22,880 nt of DNA, from assembly GCA_031370785.1 (NCBI GenBank), contig JANMQY010000093.1, forward strand, positions 1-22,880, read 5' to 3'. The translations under genes and the position numbers were made by a program. The number at the start of each line of letters is the position of its first letter. Within the stretch, counting starts at the first letter, position 1. Positions 7,249 through 16,350 of this stretch are shown in pieces. The DNA comes from Candidatus Eiseniibacteriota bacterium. Lineage in GTDB: Bacteria; Eisenbacteria; RBG-16-71-46. A model generated the notes under the pieces. The model saw nothing but the letters and a program-made list of their open reading frames with translations. It made no database searches and was not told the DNA's origin.

Positions 7249-8940
7249 TCACAGGCTCTTGTAGTCGGGTCCGCCGCCGCCTTCGGGCGTCACCCAGGTG
7301 ATGATCTGGTATGGGTCGGCGATGTCGCAGGTCTTGCAGTGCACGCAGTTCGAAGCATTGATCTGCAGTTTGAGCGCACCCGGCTTCGAAATGTCGGGCA
7401 CCATCTCGTAGACGTTGGCCGGGCAGAAGTGCTGGCACGGATTGCCGAACTCGCTGCGACACCGGGTTGCGCACACGCTGGTGTCCGCGACCACCAGGTG
7501 AACCGGCTGATCCTCGTCGTGAGTCGTGCCCGACAGGTACACGTCGGCGAGCTTGTCGAAGGTGAGCACGCCATCATATTTCGGCGCCGGCGGCTTGCCC
7601 GCGGGATGCACGTCGGCGAGCTTGCGCATGCGCTCGTGGCCCGGAACATTCTTCACCCGATCGCGCAGCAGCAGATCGCGGCCGCCGAACATCAGGGATG
7701 CGCCCACGTTCATCATGCCGGGGAAGAGGCCGTGCTCGAAACCCTGGTGGAAATTGCGCACCGATTTCAGCTCGTCGGCGGCCCATGAAGCCTCGAACCG
7801 GCGCTCGTAGCCGGCGAGCCGTTCCTTCGAGAAGTCGCCCGCGAGCAGGCACTCGAACAGCGTCTCGGCGGCGAGCATGCCCGACTTGATGGCGAGATGG
7901 ATGCCCTTGAGCCGCGCGCCATTCAGGAAGCCGCCGGTGTCGCCGCACAGCAGCACGCCGTCGGCGCTGAGCTTCGGCATGGCCCAGTAGCCGCCCTCGG
8001 GGATCGCCTTCGCGCCGTAGCCGACCGGCTTTCCGCCTTCGAGCAGCGCGCGCACCAGCGGATGTGTCTTCATGCGCTGCAGGTTGGCGTGCGGATCGCT
8101 GGTCGGGTCGGGCGCGTCGAGCCCGGTGACGAAGCCCACCGACCAGTGGCTGTCGCCGGCGCCGTAGATGAAGCCGCCGCCGAAGGTGTCGTGCGGGAGC
8201 GGGAAACCCATGGTGTGGATGACGCGGCCTCGTTGCACGCGGCCGGCCGGCATCTCCCACAGCTCTTTCACGCCGGTCGAGTACACCTGCGCGTTCTTGC
8301 CGACGGTGAGCCCGAGCTGCTGCTCGAGCTGCTTGGCAATGGTGCCGCGCGGACCCTCGCACAGCACGGTCGCCTTCGCGCGGCACTCGGCGCCGGGCTG
8401 ATAGTTGGGCTTGTGCGCTCCGGAGCGGCTCACGCCCTTGTCGCCGGCGAGCACGCCGAGAACTCGTCCGTTCTCCACGATCGGGGTCGCGGCGGGCGTC
8501 TCGGTCGCGATCAGCACGCCCCTGGCCTCGGCGATCCCGGCCATCCACGCCACCAGCTTGCCGAGTGAGATCACGTAGTTGCCGTGGTTGTTCAGCATCG
8601 GCGGGGTGAGCGGCAGCCGCAGCTGGCCATCGTTCCACAGCAGATAGACATCGTCCGCGGTGACGTCGCTCTCGATCGGGCAGCCCTGCTCGAGGAAGTC
8701 GTGCATCAGCTCGCGCATGCCGCGCGGATCCATCACCGCCCCCGAAATGCCGTGCGCGCCGACCGTGGCCGACTTCTCGAGCACCGCGATGTTGAGCTCG
8801 CCCACTTTCCTGCCCGGCGCGCCGGCCGCAATGCTCCTGTCGTGTCGCTCGACGAGGTTGGCGAGGTGGATCGCGCCGGCGAGTCCGGCCGGGCCGGCGC
8901 CCACGAACTGCACGTCGAACTCGAGTACTTCGCGTTCCAT
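7249..8940 (-). CDS. Electron transfer flavoprotein-(ubi/mena)quinone oxidoreductase (ETF-QO), 563 aa
   Basis: FAD motif VGAGPAGL, GAHGISGA, GAKAIPEGG and KGIHLAIKSGMLAAE; C-terminal [4Fe-4S] motifs CPANVYE and NCVHCKTCDI..P.Q.I.WV.PEGGGGP. Start moved to ATG 8940. Confidence 0.92.
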   Translation of the reverse strand: MEREVLEFDVQFVGAGPAGLAGAIHLANLVERHDRSIAAGAPGRKVGELNIAVLEKSATVGAHGISGAVMDPRGMRELMHDFLEQGCPIESDVTADDVYLLWNDGQLRLPLTPPMLNNHGNYVISLGKLVAWMAGIAEARGVLIATETPAATPIVENGRVLGVLAGDKGVSRSGAHKPNYQPGAECRAKATVLCEGPRGTIAKQLEQQLGLTVGKNAQVYSTGVKELWEMPAGRVQRGRVIHTMGFPLPHDTFGGGFIYGAGDSHWSVGFVTGLDAPDPTSDPHANLQRMKTHPLVRALLEGGKPVGYGAKAIPEGGYWAMPKLSADGVLLCGDTGGFLNGARLKGIHLAIKSGMLAAETLFECLLAGDFSKERLAGYERRFEASWAADELKSVRNFHQGFEHGLFPGMMNVGASLMFGGRDLLLRDRVKNVPGHERMRKLADVHPAGKPPAPKYDGVLTFDKLADVYLSGTTHDEDQPVHLVVADTSVCATRCRSEFGNPCQHFCPANVYEMVPDISKPGALKLQINASNCVHCKTCDIADPYQIITWVTPEGGGGPDYKSL

Positions 8941-8966
8941 GGGAGCCCCGGTGGAAATCGTGCGGC

Positions 8967-9953
8967 TCAGGCCGGCCGCAATGGAGCCGGATGCTTCTCG
9001 GCGTCGGCGTCCGAAGCGGCGTGGGCCTGCGCCTCGAGCCAGCGCTCGGCGTCGAGCGCCGCCATGCAGCCGGTGCCCGCGGCAGTCACCGCCTGGCGGT
9101 AGTTCGGATCGGCGACGTCGCCCGCCGCGAACACGCCCGGTATGGCGGTGCGCGCCGTGCCCGGCTCCACCTTCAGGTAGCCACGCTCGTCCATCGGCAG
9201 CTGGCCCTTGAGAAAAGCAGTATTGGGTTGATGCCCGATCGCGATGAAGACTCCTGAGGTCGGATGCTCGCTGATCTTTCCGGTCAGCACGTTGCGCAGC
9301 TTCACGCCGCGCACCTTCTGTTCCTCGACGCCCAGCACCTCGACCAGCTCGCTGTTCCAGATGAAGCGGATCTTCGGATTCTGGTGCGCGCGCTCGGCGA
9401 GAATCTTCGAAGCGCGCAGCGTGTCCCGGCGATGCACCACGCCGACTTCGGGGCTGAAGCGCGTGAGGTAGATCGCCTCTTCCATCGCGGTGTCGCCGCC
9501 CCCGAACACGATCACCTTCTTGCCGCGGAAGAAGAACCCGTCGCAGGTCGCGCACGCCGAGACGCCGAAGCCCATCAGTCGCTGTTCGCTCTCGAGGCCG
9601 AGCAGCTTGGCCGTGGCGCCGGTCGCGATGATCAGCGTCTTGCCGCGATAGACCTCTTCATCGGCTTTGACAACGAACGGACGTTGGGACAGATCGACGC
9701 TGTCCGCCGCGGCCTGCACGATCTCGGTGCCGAACCGCAGCACCTGGTCGCGCATGCGCTCCATCAGCTCCGGACCGAGGATCGGGTCGCGGAAGCCCGG
9801 ATAGTTTTCGACATCCGTGGTGATGGTCAGCTGCCCGCCCGGCTGGTACCCGGAGAGCAGAAGCGGCTTGAGGTTGGCCCGGGCAGCGTAGAGCGCTGCG
9901 GCATAGCCGGCAGGACCACTTCCCAAGATCAGAACATCAGCGATGCGTGACAA
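8967..9953 (-). CDS. trxB: Thioredoxin-disulfide reductase, 328 aa
   Basis: GSGPAG, GGQL..TT.VENYPG, redox [18 protein letters not shown] and [12 protein letters not shown] motifs. TTG start at 9953 has GAGGAG 6 nt upstream. Confidence 0.95.
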   Translation of the reverse strand: MSRIADVLILGSGPAGYAAALYAARANLKPLLLSGYQPGGQLTITTDVENYPGFRDPILGPELMERMRDQVLRFGTEIVQAAADSVDLSQRPFVVKADEEVYRGKTLIIATGATAKLLGLESEQRLMGFGVSACATCDGFFFRGKKVIVFGGGDTAMEEAIYLTRFSPEVGVVHRRDTLRASKILAERAHQNPKIRFIWNSELVEVLGVEEQKVRGVKLRNVLTGKISEHPTSGVFIAIGHQPNTAFLKGQLPMDERGYLKVEPGTARTAIPGVFAAGDVADPNYRQAVTAAGTGCMAALDAERWLEAQAHAASDADAEKHPAPLRPA

Positions 9954-9996
9954 GGGAAACTCCTCATGAACAATCGGTTCGAGTAGCGCGGCGCGG

Positions 9997-10025
9997 ATTC
10001 TAGTCCAGCCGCAGCCCAAGCGCGA
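9997..10025 (-). promoter_or_regulatory. Putative promoter of the trxB operon (TCGCGC-N17-TAGAAT)
   Basis: TAGAAT at 10002-9997, a 17-nt spacer, and TCGCGC at 10025-10020. Confidence 0.45.
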
Positions 10026-10183
10026 GACGGTTCGGAGCAGGCGTTGAGATGCGCAACGCCCCCGGCAGGATCATGGGTGAGGTCTTCCCAGCACCCGGGG
10101 CATCGGCTATTCTGGGACCCGAAGCGCAAGGGCCCCTCCCGCTGCGCGCCGATACAACGAGGCCGAGCGGGAGTGAGAATGTG

Positions 10184-11734
10184 ATGCTGCGTGATGTCGT
10201 ATTCCTGATCTGTCTTCCTGGCGCCGTGCTGTTCAGCTCCTCGTCGGCGTCGGCCGCAATCGCGGTGCCGAGCAACTTCGTCAGCGAATCGATCGTCACC
10301 GGGCTCAACCTACCCAACAGCCTGGCGTTCATCCCCGATGGAAGGATCGTCTACACCGAGCAGATGACCGGGCGGGTGCGACTGGTGGTGAATGGGCACG
10401 TCGCACCGACCATCATGCTCACCGTGCCTTCGCTCAACACCAGCGGCTACGAGCGCGGGCTGCAGGGCGTGGCGATCGATCCCGGGTGGCCCTCGCGACC
10501 GTACGTCTATCTCGCCTACGACCGGATCGGGGATTTCATCCGGGTGGTGCGTTACACGGCGACCGGAGACGTGAACAGTCCGACCGGCGAGAACCTTCCG
10601 CTCACCGATCCCGCCATTCTCATCGACAACATTCCCGACAACGCAAACAATCACAACGCGGGCTGCCTGCGATTCTCACCCGACGGCTCGCTGTTCGTGA
10701 GCGTGGGCGAGGACGCGGACATGTGTGGTGCGCAGGATCTCGCGCAGCTCAAGGGCAAGCTGCTCCGACTCCGGGTCGCGGATCTGCCTCCCGGCCCGCG
10801 AACCGCTTTCCGCGCGCAGATCATTCCGCAGGACAACCCGATCGCATCGCCCGACAGCAACACCAGCCTGGTGTGGGCGAGTGGTCTGCGCAATCCGTGG
10901 CGCTTCCAGATCGATCCGGCCACTCTGGTCGCCTATGTCTCCGATCCGGGCGAAGCCACATATGAAGAGATCGACGAGGTCTCGGGCGGAAGCAACCAGG
11001 GCTGGCCATGGCGCGAGGGGCCGATGGTCGTGCCCATGCCTTCGTGCCCGGAGCCCGGAGGAAGCGGATCGCAGCAGTTCAGCTCGCCGATCGTCTCGGT
11101 GCTGCACGACGGAAGCGCGCAGGCGATCGTCACCGCCGGCGTCCGGCGCACAGTCCCGGGGGCCTCGAGCAACTGGCCCAACACCTACAACGGGATGGTG
11201 TTCTACGGCGACTACTATGCTGGCTACCTGCGCCGCGTGCAGAAGAACGGCGGCACATGGTGGCCGGTCGCCGCGGCGCCGGGGCAGCCCGACGCGACCA
11301 ACTGGGCGACCGGCCTGAAATCGGAATCCGACTTCGTCACCGGGCCAGACGGCAGTCTCTACTGGGTGCGCCAGTTCGACGACACGTTCTCCGGCGCGAC
11401 CGGATCGCTGGGGCGGATTCGCTACACCGGGCCCCCGCTGAGTGCTGCCTCGACGAACGGCGATCTCGCGCTCAGCGTGTCTCCCAATCCCAGCACCGCA
11501 GCGGCGCGGCTCGGGTTTTCGCTCGCACAGGCGGGAAACGTGCGCCTCGAGATCTTCGATCTGCTCGGACGCCGAGTGCGGACGCTGATCGATGGTCCGC
11601 GCGAAGAGGGACGCACCGAGATCGTGTGGGATGGGTCGGATGAGCGGGGCGGTCGAGCGCGCCCCGGACTCTACCTGGCGCGCATCCACTGCAACGGCCG
11701 CGCGAGTGTCGCGCACCTGCTTCGAGTCGAGTAG
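10184..11734 (+). CDS. Secreted glucose/sorbosone dehydrogenase (GSDH, PQQ-dependent sugar dehydrogenase-like) beta-propeller with C-terminal FlgD-Ig/T9SS-like domain, ~516 aa
   Basis: Signal peptide; LAFIPDG, ERGLQGVAIDP, NHNAG.L.FSPDG, GLRNPWRF, EEID and N.GWP.REG motifs. C-terminus SPNP...FSL...V.LEIFDLLGRRVRTL...WDG.DE.G....G.Y. Start ATG 10184 or GTG 10181 after GGGAG. Confidence 0.85.
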   Translation: MLRDVVFLICLPGAVLFSSSSASAAIAVPSNFVSESIVTGLNLPNSLAFIPDGRIVYTEQMTGRVRLVVNGHVAPTIMLTVPSLNTSGYERGLQGVAIDPGWPSRPYVYLAYDRIGDFIRVVRYTATGDVNSPTGENLPLTDPAILIDNIPDNANNHNAGCLRFSPDGSLFVSVGEDADMCGAQDLAQLKGKLLRLRVADLPPGPRTAFRAQIIPQDNPIASPDSNTSLVWASGLRNPWRFQIDPATLVAYVSDPGEATYEEIDEVSGGSNQGWPWREGPMVVPMPSCPEPGGSGSQQFSSPIVSVLHDGSAQAIVTAGVRRTVPGASSNWPNTYNGMVFYGDYYAGYLRRVQKNGGTWWPVAAAPGQPDATNWATGLKSESDFVTGPDGSLYWVRQFDDTFSGATGSLGRIRYTGPPLSAASTNGDLALSVSPNPSTAAARLGFSLAQAGNVRLEIFDLLGRRVRTLIDGPREEGRTEIVWDGSDERGGRARPGLYLARIHCNGRASVAHLLRVE

Positions 11735-11749
11735 CCGCGAACCAGCAGT

Positions 11750-11790
11750 GAGGCGCCCGCGCGTGTGAAGGCGCGGGCGCCTCGTTCTTT
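11750..11790. terminator. Terminator hairpin between convergent genes
   Basis: Perfect 13-bp stem GAGGCGCCCGCGC/GCGCGGGCGCCTC (11750-11762/11771-11783), followed by GTTCTTT on the + strand. Confidence 0.75.
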
Positions 11791-11804
11791 CCCCTTCGGA
11801 TCGT

Positions 11805-12971
11805 TCAGATCGCGCGCAGGGCCCCGGCCAGCGGCTGGCGCGCCGCAGCGCGCGCCGGAAGGATCCCGCCGACCAGGCCCATGCCCGCGGCGAAGATGAG
11901 CCCCGCGATCAAAGCCCCGGGTGTCACCCGGAACGCGAAGGCCAGCTCGCTGAACGACTGGAAATTCGTGGTGCTGGTCGCGATGCCATTGATGGGCAAG
12001 GCGAGCAGACACCCGATCACGCCGCCAATGAGCGCGAGCATCACCGACTCGAGGATGAACGACAGCATCACCTCGTGGGGCAGGAAGCCGAGCACCAGCA
12101 GCATCGCGATCTCGCGGGTGCGCGATCCGACTGCGGCGTACATGGTGTTCATCGCACCAAAGATCGCGCCGATCGCCATGATGCCGGTGATGAACACGCC
12201 CATGAAGCGGATCAGATTGGTCAGCAGCTCGGACTGCTGCGCGTAGAAGTCGCGCTCGCGCTGGATCTGCACCTGCAGGCGCGGGTCGGCTTCCAGCCGC
12301 TTCTTGATCTCGGCGAACTGGCTCGGATCTCTCATGCGGAAGGTCACGGTCTGGAACCCCTCGCGATCGAGCGCGGGGATCAGCACCGCCGCGTCGCCCC
12401 AGATTTCGGACTCGAACGAAGCGCCGCCCGCGTTGAAGTGGCCGACCACCGTGAAGTCGCGCTGCTGGAACCGGATCTTCTCGCTGACCGCGCAGTTCGC
12501 GAAACGTCGGGCGATGCGCTGCCCGACGATGACCTCATCGGTACCGGGCGTGAACATCCTGCCCTCGACGATCTTGACCTCCGCGCGAATGCCGACCGCC
12601 GAGGGATCCACGCCGCGCACCGTGACGTTCGAGGAGCCGGGCTGCCCGAGACGCTCCTTGTTCGCGACCACCACCAGCTCGGCGCTGACCAGCGGGCGCC
12701 CGTTCGGACCGATCGCGACGTCGGGCCCGGCGCGCAGAACGTCGGCCGCCTCTCGCGAGACGCCGCTCGAGATTTCGCTGTCCGCTCCCTTGCGCAGCGC
12801 GACCGCATTGTCCGCGGAGCCGGTCTGCAGCAGCGCCGCCTGAAATCCCGCGGCCAGCGCCAGCGCGCCGATGAAGATGGTGACAGTGAGGCCGATCCCG
12901 ATCGCGGTGGTGAGGGTCGCGACCGGGCGCTGCATCACGTTACGCACGTTGTATGAAATGGGGATGGGCAT
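11805..12971 (-). CDS. ABC exporter permease (MacB/FtsX-like), 388 aa
   Basis: TM1 followed by a large periplasmic domain, then NTMYAAV..RTREIA...LG and three C-terminal TMs ending GGILPA..AAR. Start ATG 12971 after GAGGAG. Confidence 0.88.
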   Translation of the reverse strand: MPIPISYNVRNVMQRPVATLTTAIGIGLTVTIFIGALALAAGFQAALLQTGSADNAVALRKGADSEISSGVSREAADVLRAGPDVAIGPNGRPLVSAELVVVANKERLGQPGSSNVTVRGVDPSAVGIRAEVKIVEGRMFTPGTDEVIVGQRIARRFANCAVSEKIRFQQRDFTVVGHFNAGGASFESEIWGDAAVLIPALDREGFQTVTFRMRDPSQFAEIKKRLEADPRLQVQIQRERDFYAQQSELLTNLIRFMGVFITGIMAIGAIFGAMNTMYAAVGSRTREIAMLLVLGFLPHEVMLSFILESVMLALIGGVIGCLLALPINGIATSTTNFQSFSELAFAFRVTPGALIAGLIFAAGMGLVGGILPARAAARQPLAGALRAI

Positions 12972-12982
12972 CGAAGGCTCCT

Positions 12983-14179
12983 CTAGTCCACGCGCCGCAG
13001 CGCCTGAACGATGCGCAGCTGCGAGGCCTGCCAGGCCGGAATCAATCCGCTCACCGCGCCGACCAGGGTCGCGATGGCGATGCCGGTGATCACGGTTGCC
13101 CAGTGCACGCTCATCGGAGGCAGGAAGCCGCCGAAGTTGAAGCCGGTGCCCTCGATCGCCCATTTCGCGAGCAACGAGCCGAGTATGCCGCCGCCCATAG
13201 TGATCACCGCCGCCTCGGCGAGCACGATGCCGAAGATGATGCCCTCGGTGAAGCCGAGGGTCTTGAGCACTCCGATCTCGCCGGTGCGCTCGCGAATCGC
13301 CATCACCATGGTGTTGGCCGCGACCAGCAGGATCGCGAACACCACCGCCAGGCCGATCACGCGCAGCACGAACGGAATGTTCCCGTACATGCTCACGAAT
13401 CCGGCCTGGAAGGCCTGCTCGCTCTCGGTGCGCGTGGCCGCTCCGGAATTCTCGAACATCTCGTCGACCTGCTTGGCGATGTCGGCAGCGCGACCCGGGT
13501 TGCTGAGGTCGAGGATGTACACGCCGACCAGGGCGCGTCCGCCCATGCCCTTCTGGTCGAGGTATTTCCAGTGGAAGAACATCGTCTCCTCACCGATGCT
13601 GCGCTTCTTCGCATGGTAGACGGCGCGAATGGTAAACGGCCACTCGCCGGGATAGATCGTGCCGGCGAGGGTGATGGTCTGCCCGAGCTTCCATCCCATC
13701 TTGGTCATGAGCTTCTGCCCGATGACGCACGCCGTCTGCTCGGTCATGTACGAGGCCAGCCGGGAAGGCATTCCCTCGGGCAGGGTCATCGTGGCCTGCG
13801 GCGGCGAAGCTTCGACGATCTCGATGTCGTTGGCGTAGATCGGAAAGAAATTCTCGTCGTCCACCGCGAACTGCGCGAAGAAATTGTGCGGGTCCTTCGG
13901 GTCCTGCGCGCCGAACCAGTTCTGGATCGCGACGCGCTTGACGCCGGGCACCGCGGCGATGCGGCTGCCGTAGGAGATCGGCAGCGGAAAGATCAGCGAG
14001 ATCGCGTTGCGCGAGATCAGGCGGGTTTCGCTGCCGACCTTGATCGCCTCCTGCAGCGTGTCAAGGACTCCGCCGAGCGTGCAGTACAGGAACAGCGCCA
14101 CCGTGACGCTCAGCATCGTGAGAATGGTGCGCCGCTTGTTGCGGCCGAGGTTGACCAGAATCAGGTTGAGGACGCTCAC
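12983..14179 (-). CDS. ABC exporter permease (MacB/FtsX-like), 398 aa
   Basis: NL.RNKRRTILT, NTMVMAIRERTGEIGVLKTLGF and SGLIPAWQAS motifs; GTG start at 14179. Confidence 0.88.
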   Translation of the reverse strand: MSVLNLILVNLGRNKRRTILTMLSVTVALFLYCTLGGVLDTLQEAIKVGSETRLISRNAISLIFPLPISYGSRIAAVPGVKRVAIQNWFGAQDPKDPHNFFAQFAVDDENFFPIYANDIEIVEASPPQATMTLPEGMPSRLASYMTEQTACVIGQKLMTKMGWKLGQTITLAGTIYPGEWPFTIRAVYHAKKRSIGEETMFFHWKYLDQKGMGGRALVGVYILDLSNPGRAADIAKQVDEMFENSGAATRTESEQAFQAGFVSMYGNIPFVLRVIGLAVVFAILLVAANTMVMAIRERTGEIGVLKTLGFTEGIIFGIVLAEAAVITMGGGILGSLLAKWAIEGTGFNFGGFLPPMSVHWATVITGIAIATLVGAVSGLIPAWQASQLRIVQALRRVD

Positions 14180-14193
14180 GTTGCCACCCCGCT

Positions 14194-14865
14194 TCAGTTG
14201 GACAGCACGCCCTTGTCGAGATGCAGCACCCGCGTCGCGCGCTCGGCAGCGTGCGGGTCGTGCGTCACCATGACGATGGTCTTCTTGAATTCCCGGTTGA
14301 GGCGCCCCAGCAGCTCCAGGATTTCCTCGCCCGACTTGCGATCCAGGTCGCCGGTCGGCTCGTCGGCGAGCAGCACCGACGGATCGCTGACCACCGCGCG
14401 CGCGATCGCCACGCGCTGCTCCTGCCCGCCCGAGAGCTGCCGCGGGAAGTGCTTGAGCCGGTCGTCGAGGCCTACCAGCTCGAGCGCGGTCTTCGCGCGC
14501 TTCTTTCGCTCGGCGCCACTCATCTTCACCAGCAGCAGCGGCAGCTCCACGTTCTGCAGCGCGGTCAGCACCGGAATCAGGTTGTAGAGCTGGAAGATGA
14601 ATCCGATGTTCCGCGAGCGCCACTTGGCGAGCTTTGAGCCCTTGAGTGTTGCGATGTTGGTTCCGCCGACGATCAGCTCACCGGAGGTGGGCTGGTCGAT
14701 GCCGCCGATCAGGTTCAACAGCGTCGTCTTTCCGCTGCCCGACGGCCCCATGAGCGCGACGAACTCGCCGTCCGCGATCTCGAGCGAGAGCCCGTCGAGC
14801 ACCGGGATCTGCTGCCGGTCTCGCACGTAGGTCTTGCGTACGTTTCGAACCTGCACGGCCCCCAT
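14194..14865 (-). CDS. ABC transporter ATP-binding protein (LolD/MacB-type), 223 aa
   Basis: Walker A GPSGSGKT, signature LSGGQEQR, Walker B LLADEPTG and H-loop VTHD. ATG 14865 follows GGGAGG. Confidence 0.93.
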   Translation of the reverse strand: MGAVQVRNVRKTYVRDRQQIPVLDGLSLEIADGEFVALMGPSGSGKTTLLNLIGGIDQPTSGELIVGGTNIATLKGSKLAKWRSRNIGFIFQLYNLIPVLTALQNVELPLLLVKMSGAERKKRAKTALELVGLDDRLKHFPRQLSGGQEQRVAIARAVVSDPSVLLADEPTGDLDRKSGEEILELLGRLNREFKKTIVMVTHDPHAAERATRVLHLDKGVLSN

Positions 14866-14897
14866 GAACGCCTCCCGTCCGCCGGATCGGCGGATCG

Positions 14898-16091
14898 TTA
14901 TGAGCCCACGACGCGGACCCGCGCGCCGTTCCTGAGATCGGCCGGCGGATGCACGACCACGCTCTCGCCGCCGGAGAGTCCACCTCTCACTTCGATGTGA
15001 TCTTCTCGCGCGGGACCCAGGTCCACGCTGCGAGCCACCAGCTTCCCGTTCTCCACCACCCACACGCGTGCGCCGCTTCCGTCCTGCACCACCGCTGCCG
15101 CCGGCACCATCACGCGGCGCGGCGCGCTCGCGGTCGCGGTGTGCTCCGGATCATTCACGAACAGGACCTTGGCTCCCATCTCGGGCAGGATCCGCGGGTC
15201 GTGGTCGAGGATCGCGACCTTGACCTGCACCGTCGCCTTCTGCCGGTCCGCGGTCGGCACCACCTGGCGCACACGTCCGCTGAACGACGTGTCGGGGTAG
15301 GCGTCGAGCGTGATGCGCGCCCCCTGGTTGCCACGGATCTGCGCGATGTACGCCTCGTTGACGTCGACCTCGACCTCGAGCGTTCCGAGATCGGCCATGG
15401 TCGCGATCGCGGTCCGGGTCAGTCCTCCGCCCGCGCCCGAGGGCGCGACGATCTCGCCGACCTCTGCGTCCTTGCGCAGCACAGTGCCATCGAAAGGCGC
15501 GCGCACCCGCGTGTTCTCGAGACTGGCCTCGGCGAGCCTGGTCTGCGCGTGCGCGCTCGCCTGCTGCGAGCGCAGCACGTCGAGCCGGGTCTGCGCGTTC
15601 TCCAAGTCCACGTCGGCGGTGAGGCCCTGGCGGCGCAGGTCCTGCGCGCGCGCCAGGTCGCGCGTCGCCTGGCGAAGCTGCGCGTCGAACTGCGCTTCCG
15701 CCGCGCGGGCAACCGCCAGCTGCGCTTCGTAGTCGGCACTCTCGATCGTCGCGATCACCTGGCCCTTGCGGACGCGCGAGCCTTCGTGTACCGGGAGGGT
15801 GGCGAGGCGGCCGAGAATCTTGGCCGACACCGACGCCCGGGTCCGCGCGACGACGTAGCCGTTCGCGCTGATGCCGGCGCTCGACAGCGTGCCGCCTCCG
15901 GTCGCGCTGACCGTCGCGGTCCTGACCGCGATCGCGCGTCTCGGGGCGAGCACGAAGAACCACACCGCAGCCGCCGCGACCAGGAGCGCGAGCACGACGA
16001 GGATCGCGACCCCACGACCCGCACCGCCCCCGCTCGGAGCGTCTTCGTCGCGGCGAATGCGAAGGCTGGAAAGATCCGGAGTGGTGGACAT
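14898..16091 (-). CDS. Periplasmic adaptor / membrane fusion protein (MacA/HlyD family), 397 aa
   Basis: N-terminal TM anchor, lipoyl half V.EGSRVRKGQVIA, alpha-helical hairpin, VRAPFDG, VDVNE and LPEM motifs. Confidence 0.9.
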   Translation of the reverse strand: MSTTPDLSSLRIRRDEDAPSGGGAGRGVAILVVLALLVAAAAVWFFVLAPRRAIAVRTATVSATGGGTLSSAGISANGYVVARTRASVSAKILGRLATLPVHEGSRVRKGQVIATIESADYEAQLAVARAAEAQFDAQLRQATRDLARAQDLRRQGLTADVDLENAQTRLDVLRSQQASAHAQTRLAEASLENTRVRAPFDGTVLRKDAEVGEIVAPSGAGGGLTRTAIATMADLGTLEVEVDVNEAYIAQIRGNQGARITLDAYPDTSFSGRVRQVVPTADRQKATVQVKVAILDHDPRILPEMGAKVLFVNDPEHTATASAPRRVMVPAAAVVQDGSGARVWVVENGKLVARSVDLGPAREDHIEVRGGLSGGESVVVHPPADLRNGARVRVVGS

Positions 16092-16119
16092 GGGGCCCGA
16101 GGGTTGAGGTGAGCCGGGA

Positions 16120-16149
16120 ACCTTAAGGAGTGGAACGGGATGGGGTCAA
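16120..16149 (-). promoter_or_regulatory. Putative sigma70 promoter of the ABC exporter operon (TTGACC-N18-TAAGGT)
   Basis: TTGACC at 16149-16144 and TAAGGT at 16125-16120, 28 nt before the ATG at 16091. Confidence 0.5.
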
Positions 16150-16350
16150 GCGGACCGCCGCTCGCGCGTAGACCCCTGCCTGCGTTTCCGGCGACCCTGC
16201 TCAGGGCCAGGGGTTCGGCGCCGGTTTGGCCGTGGCCGGAAGGGAGATGGATCGGTATCCTGATGACTCTGCTAACGCCGCCTGGATAGCGACGTCCATG
16301 GATTCCGCGGGCGCGGCCGCGCCTCGAGTTCCCTCGACCCGGAGGATGCC

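Noticed and set aside
16243..16275. Fluoride-riboswitch-like words (GGAGATGG...CTGATGAC)
   Set aside because: No P1 stem or AACCGC element, and the downstream gene is unrelated to fluoride. TATCCT here fits a -10 box better.
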